From contig OZ219753.1 of the NCBI GenBank assembly GCA_964291315.2, positions 768,001 to 832,000 of the forward strand: 64,000 bases of DNA, given 5' to 3'. The position numbers were made by a program, and so were the translations under genes. This stretch comes from Candidatus Poribacteria bacterium (lineage in GTDB: Bacteria; Poribacteria; WGA-4E; WGA-3G). Positions 7,210 through 14,823 of the stretch are shown piece by piece (within the stretch, counting starts at the first letter, position 1; each line of letters opens with the position of its first letter). The notes below the pieces were generated by a model that did no database searches, was not told where the DNA came from, and saw only the letters and a program-made list of their open reading frames with translations.

Positions 7210-9129
7210 ATGAAAAGAACAGTAGTGGTTCTGTCCACACTCGCCGCACTCGTATTTGCGCTTGTCCCGTTCGCGACGGCAGAATGGCAAGAGAACCTGG
7301 TAACCAATAACACGCTCGAAGAGATCTATGTGATCAAGAGCACCTGGCAGGCAGCGGATGATAACAAAGGTATCCCCGTAGGGTTCCGGACCCGCGGCTC
7401 ATACCGCATCCCGCCCGGGATGTCCAGGATTTTCCATTCCTGGGACACCAACAGCATGTATTTCCGTATTTCAAACGCTGCGGGTGCGATAAAAGCGAAC
7501 AGCGGCACCACCGCTTTTGCGTTCTGGGCTCATCCGAAGCGCTCCTTCCGCGTTGTCTCACAGACGCTCGATGCCTCTGTGACAACGGATCAGCTGCTTT
7601 ACACTGATCGTTCGCCGGGTCAGTTGGTTCAATTAGAGGGGTTTGTCAGCTATACGGGCGGCTCGGCAGTGGTTGTCACTCCGGCGTGGGTGTTGCTAGA
7701 TGGGCAGCCGACTGCTCCGCCAAATGACGAGCTCGGAAACGATGGGGGTCCGCCCGGTGGCGATGTTGCGCCGCCTGCGTGGGTAGCGAGCGTGATAACA
7801 AATGCCACGGAAGCCGATCTATATGTAGTCTACGCGACGTGGAAGTTGGAGAACCTGAAAAAGGGGTATCCGGAGGGGTTTCGGACGCGCGGCACGTATC
7901 GCATTCGTTCAGGGAAGGGGCGCGTATTTCATGCCTGGGCGGATAACGAGATCTATTTTCGGATTGCCAATGCTGCGGGAGCGTTAAAACCGGAGGCGAG
8001 TTCGGAGACGTTTGGGTTCTGGTTGCATCCGCGTCGTTCGTTTCGGCTGGTCTCGGATCAGGTCGCTGCGACAGTAGAGCAGTCGGGTCTGAGTTACTCG
8101 GATCGTTCGGTGTCGAAGTTAGAGCGTTCGGATGGTTTTATGGTATATGAGAGCGGTTCTGACGTGACGGTGACTGCTGATTGGGTGCCGGTCTCTCCTA
8201 TAGATGACAGGAATGATGATAACGGGAATGACGATGTCACTCCAGTACCGCCTGAAACGCCAGTGCCTCCGGTAAACCCGCCAGCTCCTGCCGTTCCTGA
8301 AGGCATGGTCTTGATCCCCGCTGGCACCTTCCAGATGGGCAGCGACAGTGGTAAAATCCGTGAAAAACCCGTTCATTCTGTGTCTTTAGATGCGTTTTAT
8401 ATAGATACACACGAGGTGACGAACACTGAATACGCGGTGTTTCTCAATGCGAAGGGCAAACACGCCGATGCGGGTCAGATATGGTTGAATATCGGGGATG
8501 TTCATGCGCACATTGCGTTAGTAGACGGTGTGTATAGTGCGACGTCGGGGTATGCGAATCATCCTGTTGTTGAGGTGAGTTGGTATGGTGCGATGGCGTA
8601 TGCGGAGTGGGCAGGCAAGCGGCTACCCACCGAGGCCGAGTGGGAATATGCTGCACGCGGCGGCAAGTCGGGTAAGGAATATCCCTGGGGTAACAGGATT
8701 GATAGCACGCGGGCGAACTACTACCGCAGTAATGTCGGTGATACGACTTCTCACGAGACGCTTGAAGCATATCTGTCCGTGAAGGCGAACTACGACCGCA
8801 GTAATGTCGGTGATACGACAGCCGTTGGCAGTTATCCCGCGAATGGTTATGGTCTGTATGATGTCGCGGGGAATGTCTGGGAGTGGTGTCTGGATGAGTA
8901 TAGTGGTAACTTTTATACCATCTCGGCTTTCCATAACCCGTTGTCAGGTGCTCCGAACATTAAGTGGCTGTTGGATAACTATATGGAAGTTAATTCATCC
9001 CGTGTCTTGCGTGGCAGCTCCTGGACCGGTGGGGCACGGAGCGTGCGGGTCGCCAACCGCGTCCGCGATTCGCCTAAGAGCTCGTTCCGCAACGTCGGTT
9101 TTCGTTGTGTGAAGTCAGTTTCTCCTTGA
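7210..9129 (+). CDS. Secreted protein: two DUF1036-like domains plus FGE-sulfatase (CLec-fold) domain, paralog 2
   Basis: The ATG at 7210 matches paralog 1 (MKRTVVVL); same architecture and motifs. Confidence 0.9.
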   Translation: MKRTVVVLSTLAALVFALVPFATAEWQENLVTNNTLEEIYVIKSTWQAADDNKGIPVGFRTRGSYRIPPGMSRIFHSWDTNSMYFRISNAAGAIKANSGTTAFAFWAHPKRSFRVVSQTLDASVTTDQLLYTDRSPGQLVQLEGFVSYTGGSAVVVTPAWVLLDGQPTAPPNDELGNDGGPPGGDVAPPAWVASVITNATEADLYVVYATWKLENLKKGYPEGFRTRGTYRIRSGKGRVFHAWADNEIYFRIANAAGALKPEASSETFGFWLHPRRSFRLVSDQVAATVEQSGLSYSDRSVSKLERSDGFMVYESGSDVTVTADWVPVSPIDDRNDDNGNDDVTPVPPETPVPPVNPPAPAVPEGMVLIPAGTFQMGSDSGKIREKPVHSVSLDAFYIDTHEVTNTEYAVFLNAKGKHADAGQIWLNIGDVHAHIALVDGVYSATSGYANHPVVEVSWYGAMAYAEWAGKRLPTEAEWEYAARGGKSGKEYPWGNRIDSTRANYYRSNVGDTTSHETLEAYLSVKANYDRSNVGDTTAVGSYPANGYGLYDVAGNVWEWCLDEYSGNFYTISAFHNPLSGAPNIKWLLDNYMEVNSSRVLRGSSWTGGARSVRVANRVRDSPKSSFRNVGFRCVKSVSP

Positions 9130-9346
9130 AGCTTTATTGCTGAATGCGTTTTATCTTGAGATAAATTGCTGAAAGGCGTTGAAGCTACAAACTAGGGCGT
9201 GATAGCGGTTAGGCTTTTGCTGACAGCTTTCACGCCCATTTTTATTTCTGGATATGCCAAATCAGTATAGCGAATTATAGGTAAGGTTAGATGAGTCTCA
9301 GCGCTGGCTGGGGATGATACGCTCGGTAACATGCAGCTGCTGGACA
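9130..9346 (+). repeat. 217-bp 3' flank, direct repeat copy 2
   Basis: Near-identical to 6698-6914. Confidence 0.9.
9195..9247 (+). terminator. Intrinsic terminator-like hairpin
   Basis: Identical to 6763-6815. Confidence 0.65.
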
Positions 9347-9522
9347 GCTTCTGGATCCGGGGCTTGCAGAAGTGGGGGCGTTGATTGAGAGACGGTTTAT
9401 TAGGATTTCACAGATTTTTAGGGTTGCTTTTGACGGCCTTTGGCCGATGAGCGGCGGGATTTTTTAGGGTGTCATCAAGGTCTTGTGCGCGATAGGCGGC
9501 TGGATGTTCGTTTTTTCTGTGT

Positions 9523-9551
9523 TTGACACTCCGTTACTTTTGTGGTATAAT
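9523..9551 (+). promoter_or_regulatory. Consensus sigma70 promoter upstream of the multicopper oxidase
   Basis: TTGACA-N17-TATAAT with an extended -10 TG. Confidence 0.75.
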
Positions 9552-9635
9552 TGTCTAAATTTTAAGTTTAACCTGTAAAGGTTTTTAATAAGGAAGATAT
9601 GAAGATAGTTTTGGCGCTGCTTTAACATCTTTTAT

Positions 9636-10739
9636 TTGAAAATGAGTCTCAAATTCAGAAATGTGTTTCTGTTTCTAAGCGTTGCTTATCGGTTATACCG
9701 TTTTTTGGACGTAACTTTTTACAAAGGGATTGCATTCGTGAGCATTCTGTTATGCTCTTGCGCTGTGTGTGTGGAAGCGGCGACTCGAGAGTATTGGATT
9801 GCTGCTGAGAGGGTCGAATGGAATTATGCGCCGAGCGGTCAAAACCTCATTCGCCCCTCGATGGGTTTAGACGTTTGGGGCAAGGCGCTTATCTATGAGA
9901 AATATCGTTACATTCAGTACAGTGATGGCACCTACACGGCGCGAGTCGAGCAGCCTGTATGGATGGGTATTCTCGGGCCGCAGATTCATGCGGTAGAAGG
10001 GGATAATGTGAGGGTTCACTTTCTCAATCGTGCGGATAAGCCGCTCAGCATGCATGTTCATGGGTTGCAGTATGATGAAGAAAACGAAGGGGCGGATATG
10101 AAAGGTTCTGGTGCTGCGGTAAAGCCGGGTAGTAGCTTCACTTATCAGTGGAAGGCAGATAGCGATGCTGCGCCGGGCCCGAACGATCCGTCTTCTATTG
10201 TGTGGATTTATCATTCACATGTTGATGCGGTTACGGAAGTCTACGACGGCTTAATCGGAAGCATCGTTGTGACTAAAAAAGGGATGGAACGTTCTACAGC
10301 GGATCCGCGTCCGAGGGACATTGACAAGGCTTTTACTACGTTGTTTCTTGTTTTTGATGAGAATGGTCGTGAGATCGTCAAAGGTGGTCAGCGTGAGGCG
10401 TATGCATCCGTTGAAGAAGCGGAGGAGGGAAACCTCAAGCATGCCATCAACGGTTTTATTTTCGGTAATTTGCAAGGTTTGGAGGTTGAGGAGCAGGATA
10501 GGGTGCGTTGGTATCTTATTGGATTGGGCACTGAAGTTGACATGCACACTGCGCATTGGCATGGTCAAACGGTGCTGAATTCGGGGAAGCGCACTGACGT
10601 TGTAGAGCTGCTCCCTGGCACTATGGTGACGGTGGACATGACAGCGAAAACGCTTGGTAACTGGCTTTACCATTGCCATGTTGCTGACCATATCACAGCG
10701 GGCATGAGCACGCGCTGGCGGGTGCTACCGAAGCGTTAG
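9636..10739 (+). CDS. Two-domain multicopper oxidase (ceruloplasmin-like); start uncertain
   Basis: Copper motifs HVH, YHSH, HTAHWH, HCHVADHITAGM; ceruloplasmin-like REYWIAAE..WNYAP and GILGP. Confidence 0.88.
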   Translation: MKMSLKFRNVFLFLSVAYRLYRFLDVTFYKGIAFVSILLCSCAVCVEAATREYWIAAERVEWNYAPSGQNLIRPSMGLDVWGKALIYEKYRYIQYSDGTYTARVEQPVWMGILGPQIHAVEGDNVRVHFLNRADKPLSMHVHGLQYDEENEGADMKGSGAAVKPGSSFTYQWKADSDAAPGPNDPSSIVWIYHSHVDAVTEVYDGLIGSIVVTKKGMERSTADPRPRDIDKAFTTLFLVFDENGREIVKGGQREAYASVEEAEEGNLKHAINGFIFGNLQGLEVEEQDRVRWYLIGLGTEVDMHTAHWHGQTVLNSGKRTDVVELLPGTMVTVDMTAKTLGNWLYHCHVADHITAGMSTRWRVLPKR

Positions 10740-10864
10740 GTGCTTGCCATGCTGTGCGTCTATTTGTCCTAATTAATTCCGAACTTATTGCGGCTGCGTT
10801 TGACAAAAGAGATAACGTTTTTTATTTGTATAGATATAGCATATAGGTTTTAAAAGGAGATATT

Positions 10865-11887
10865 ATGTTTAAGAATCGATTTGGCTTGTTCAATTGCGTT
10901 GTGATGTTTTTGTTGGTTTTCACGGGTATCGTTTCGCTTGTGGTGTCGAGTCACGGTGAAACGTTGACGGTTTATTCTGGGCGCAGCAAGAGTCTTGTTG
11001 AACCGATCCTCAGACAGTTTGAGGAGGCGACTGGCATCCAAGTGAAGGCGAATTATGGTGGTACGACTCAGTTAGCGGCTGCGCTGCTGACAGAGGGGTC
11101 GAGGAGTCCTGCGGCGCTTTTTTGGGCTCAGGATGCAGGTGCGCTTGGTGCGGTTAGCAAAAAGGAACTGTTTGAGACGTTACCGGAGTCGATACTCACG
11201 AAAGTGCCTTCAAGTTTCCGTGATGTGGCGGGTCGGTGGGTTGCGACGAGCGGTAGGGCGCGCGTCCTCGCGTATTCTCCGGAGCGTGTGAAAGTGGAAG
11301 AACTGCCACAAAGTCTCTTTGATTTAACGCAGCCGATGTGGAGAGGTAGAGTGGGTTGGGCGCCGACGAATGGTTCTTTCCAGGCGTTTGTAACGGCGTT
11401 GCGGGTCCAGATCGGTGAGGCGAAGACAGTAGAGTGGTTGCGTGGCATGAAAGCGAATGGTGTGAAGAAGTATGCGAAGAATACGCCGATCATTGAGGCG
11501 CTCGCTGCGGGTGAGATTGATTTGGGTTTGCCGAATCACTACTACCTTCTCCGTTTCAAAAAGACGGATTCGGAGTATCCTGTTGCCCAAACGTTTTTTA
11601 AGGCGGGCGATCCGGGGAATTTGGTTAACATTGCCGGGGTCGGCGTGCTGAAGAGTGCAAAGGACAAGGAGGTAGCCTTGAAATTTGTAGAATTTTTGTT
11701 ATCTGCTGAAGCCCAGCAGTATTTTACGAGCGATGTTTTTGAATATCCGGTTATTGAAGGTGTAACGCGGAATGCGGATCTGTTGCCGTTATCCGATTTG
11801 ATTCGGGTTGCTCCGGTATTTAACCTCAATGATATGGACGATCTTGAAGGCACGGTTAAGCTGCTGCAAAAGCTTGAGATTTTATAA
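10865..11887 (+). CDS. Fe(III) ABC transporter substrate-binding protein (FbpA/FutA family)
   Basis: Signal peptide; LTVYSGR, SGRARVLAY and NHYY (iron-binding Tyr pair); AAAGGAG RBS. Confidence 0.9.
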   Translation: MFKNRFGLFNCVVMFLLVFTGIVSLVVSSHGETLTVYSGRSKSLVEPILRQFEEATGIQVKANYGGTTQLAAALLTEGSRSPAALFWAQDAGALGAVSKKELFETLPESILTKVPSSFRDVAGRWVATSGRARVLAYSPERVKVEELPQSLFDLTQPMWRGRVGWAPTNGSFQAFVTALRVQIGEAKTVEWLRGMKANGVKKYAKNTPIIEALAAGEIDLGLPNHYYLLRFKKTDSEYPVAQTFFKAGDPGNLVNIAGVGVLKSAKDKEVALKFVEFLLSAEAQQYFTSDVFEYPVIEGVTRNADLLPLSDLIRVAPVFNLNDMDDLEGTVKLLQKLEIL

Positions 11888-11893
11888 TCCAGG

Positions 11894-13480
11894 ATGTTGA
11901 GGCTACAGAGATTGGGTGCCGAGGCGCGCGCGTTAGGTTTGTCCCGGTATTTTTTTATTCCTGTGTTTGTGGTAGGTTTGGGTGGCCTTATCCCGTTGGG
12001 CTATCTGCTCACGAAAGCGTTTTCGGCGGAGGGTGCGGCTCTTTTGGAGGTAGTTTTCCGCTGGCGCAACGCAAAGCTCTTTCTCAACACACTCTTTCTG
12101 ACAATCGGTGTTCTCCTCCTGAACGTGCTAGTAGCGACTCCTGCTGCGTGGTTAACGAGCCGTACGGATCTGAAGTACAAGCGTCTGTTTACTGTGTTGA
12201 GTGCGCTGCCGTTAGCGATTCCGGGCTACGTAATGGCCTATGGGTTTTTGGCCCTCGGCGGCAATACTGGTATTGTTGCGGAGTTGTTCGGTCGGAGCAT
12301 TCCTCGTTTAAGTGGTTATTGGGGTGCTCTTCTTGCGCTTAGTGCCTATACGAGCCCGTATCTTTTTTTGAATCTACGTGCCGCGTTGCGCGGGCTTGAT
12401 CCGAGTGTTGAGGAATCGGCGCAAAATCTGGGTTATCGGTATCCTGAGGTTTTCTGGCGGGTTATCCTGCCGCAATTGCGTCCTGCTTTTTATGCGAGCG
12501 GATTGATCATCAGTCTACATGTACTTGGTGACTTCGGTGTTGTGTCGTTGATGCGTTATGAAACGTTTAGTTACGCGTTGTACATTGAGTATACGTTCTC
12601 ATTTGAGCATATTTATGCGGCGTGGCTTGCTCTGATGCTTCTTGGTTTTACTGTGGGGCTGCTCTATGTTGAGACGCGTTTCTTAAAGCGGGTGGAGCTT
12701 CACCGGGCTGGGCGTGGTACTTCTCGTCAGTCGTCCATCGTACCGTTGGGGAGCTGGAGCGTTCTAGCGTATACCTACCTGTGCGTATTGGCGTTCATCA
12801 CAGTGATTATTCCTGCTGGTGCGGTATTTCTCTGGATTTTCAGAGGTTTTGATCTGTCCGCTTTGCATGGACTTATAGGGGCGTTGACAGGTTCGCTCTC
12901 GGTGGCGTTACCGGTGGGGTTTTTGTGTGCGTTTTTGGCGATTCCGTTGGCTTATATTGAGGTGCGTCATTCTTCGCGGTTGTCGAGCGTAGTGGGGCGT
13001 GTTGCTTATATTGTGTATGCTATTCCTCCGCTGGCGTTTGCTTTGTCGCTCATTTTTTTTGTTTTACACACTTTGCCGTTGATTTATAAGACGTTACCGG
13101 TGTTGATTTACGCTTGCACGTTGCATTTTTTGGCGGAGGCGATTGGTCCGATTAGGAGTTCGCTCTATCAAGCTTCGCCGCATTTAGAGGAGGCGGCGCG
13201 ATCTTTGGGCTACCCGCCGCTCCAGGCGTTTTTGCGGGTCCTATTGCCGGTTCTGCTTCGTGCTGTGTTAACAGCTACCGCTTTGGTTTTTGTTGCGACG
13301 ATGAAGGAATTGCCTTTTACGTTTCTCTTATCACCTGCTGGTTATGAGACGCTTTCTCTCAATGTTTGGAGTTATACGTCAGAGGCGATGTTCGCTGAAG
13401 CGGCGCCGTATGCATTGGCAATTCTGTTTTTCTCGGGGATATTTGTTGGTTTCCTGATCCGTCAGGAGGGTGAGGTTTAA
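11894..13480 (+). CDS. Fe(III) ABC transporter permease (FbpB family)
   Basis: Two EAA loops (EESAQNLG, EEAARSLG) and about 12 TM segments. Confidence 0.9.
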   Translation: MLRLQRLGAEARALGLSRYFFIPVFVVGLGGLIPLGYLLTKAFSAEGAALLEVVFRWRNAKLFLNTLFLTIGVLLLNVLVATPAAWLTSRTDLKYKRLFTVLSALPLAIPGYVMAYGFLALGGNTGIVAELFGRSIPRLSGYWGALLALSAYTSPYLFLNLRAALRGLDPSVEESAQNLGYRYPEVFWRVILPQLRPAFYASGLIISLHVLGDFGVVSLMRYETFSYALYIEYTFSFEHIYAAWLALMLLGFTVGLLYVETRFLKRVELHRAGRGTSRQSSIVPLGSWSVLAYTYLCVLAFITVIIPAGAVFLWIFRGFDLSALHGLIGALTGSLSVALPVGFLCAFLAIPLAYIEVRHSSRLSSVVGRVAYIVYAIPPLAFALSLIFFVLHTLPLIYKTLPVLIYACTLHFLAEAIGPIRSSLYQASPHLEEAARSLGYPPLQAFLRVLLPVLLRAVLTATALVFVATMKELPFTFLLSPAGYETLSLNVWSYTSEAMFAEAAPYALAILFFSGIFVGFLIRQEGEV

Positions 13481-13508
13481 GACAGTTCTAAGGTAGGGGA
13501 GACAGGTC

Positions 13509-13946
13509 ATGAGATGTGAAAAGAAGCTTTTCCATATTGTTGTTTTCGTATGTGCATTGTTTCTATCGTCAAATTTGAGCTGTCTCCCTGTGGTGACGCA
13601 AAGTAGCGTTCGCGTTGATGATGGGATGAGAGAGATATACGAGATATCGGAGAGCGGTCTGGGGTCAATCTACAAGTGGGTACTGCCTGAAAAGCGGACT
13701 ATCAGTCGGATTGAGATCTATTTTGATTCGATTGAGCCTTTAAAAAATATGACGGTTTACGCTCGGATGGGTGAAGGCCGTTGGCGTGTTGTCAAAACTT
13801 TCAAGACTCCGATTCGACAGTCGCCGTATAGTATTCGCACGCTTCTTGTTACGGATGCTATTCGTATTGTCTTGTCATCGGCATTGGGTAATATTGATCA
13901 GATGCGTCTCTATGGGTCTTCACCGGGGAGATCGTCTGAAGATTGA
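13509..13946 (+). CDS. Exported hypothetical protein
   Basis: GGGGAG RBS; N-terminal hydrophobic segment; co-oriented with its neighbours. Confidence 0.6.
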   Translation: MRCEKKLFHIVVFVCALFLSSNLSCLPVVTQSSVRVDDGMREIYEISESGLGSIYKWVLPEKRTISRIEIYFDSIEPLKNMTVYARMGEGRWRVVKTFKTPIRQSPYSIRTLLVTDAIRIVLSSALGNIDQMRLYGSSPGRSSED

Positions 13947-14105
13947 TAATTTTGAGTGGTATCGGCTGGCTGTAGTGCGGTTTTTGTTCGGAAACAGTTT
14001 ATTAATGCGGTTTGTTGCACAATTTTCCAACAATTTCTCCACAAGTTTGTCAAATTATGGTAGGTTATTTCTAAATTTTTGTGATGAGAGATTGGAACGA
14101 ACGTA

Positions 14106-14756
14106 TTGTTTGATTTTTTAACTTTTCCATCGCTTTTAACATTGGGTGCGGATGCACTGAGGGTGCTGCTTGCGTTTGTGCTGGGTGTTTTTATTGTTAA
14201 CATTTATCGGTGGACGCATGCGGAGATTCCGCAGAAGTCGTTTACGGATACGCTCATTATTTTGTGCATGCTGATTTCGGTTGTGATGGTGATTATCGGT
14301 GATAGCATTGCGCGAGCGTTTAGTTTGGTAGGTGCGTTGTCTATTATCCGTTTTCGTACGGCTATCCAAGATCCGCGTGATATCGGTTTTGTGTTTTATG
14401 CGTTGGCTATAGGGATGGCGGTTGGTGCTGGGAATCCGTCTGTTGCGGTTTCAGCGGCTGTGCTTATCGGTATTATTATATTGGGTATCTACCAGTGGCA
14501 TGAACACTTCGGCAATAGCAATGAATTTAGCTTGGGGTTTTGTCTTCCGCCGGATCCGGGTTTAGAAGCGCTCTATCGTCCTGTTTTCGAGAGGTATCTG
14601 ATTTATGAGCGGTTACTTGAAAAACGGATAAAAAGGAGCGGTGTGGTCGAGTTGAATTTCCGAATTAAACTAACGGATCCACAAAGGTGGATCGAATTTT
14701 TTAACGAGCTATCGGGTATTGAAAAAGTGACAGAGGTAAAGCTGGATAAAGAGTGA
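14106..14756 (+). CDS. DUF4956 family membrane protein
   Basis: IGDSIARAFSLVGALSIIRFRT...RDIGFVF...AIGMAVG signature; start uncertain. Confidence 0.85.
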   Translation: MFDFLTFPSLLTLGADALRVLLAFVLGVFIVNIYRWTHAEIPQKSFTDTLIILCMLISVVMVIIGDSIARAFSLVGALSIIRFRTAIQDPRDIGFVFYALAIGMAVGAGNPSVAVSAAVLIGIIILGIYQWHEHFGNSNEFSLGFCLPPDPGLEALYRPVFERYLIYERLLEKRIKRSGVVELNFRIKLTDPQRWIEFFNELSGIEKVTEVKLDKE

Positions 14757-14823
14757 GCACACCGGTTGGAAATCTGGGTTTTTCTATACGAGATAGGTCT
14801 ACACAATTTAGGAGGAGAATACG

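Noticed and set aside
4904-9129. FGE paralogs as formylglycine-generating enzymes, or a complete DGR in the window
   Set aside because: The catalytic Cys pair is missing; no reverse transcriptase, Avd or AAC-rich template repeat was found here.
9557-9580. DtxR/MntR-like operator (TTTAAGTTTAACCTGTAAA) after the MCO promoter
   Set aside because: The position is plausible but the palindrome is too degenerate to call without a trained matrix.
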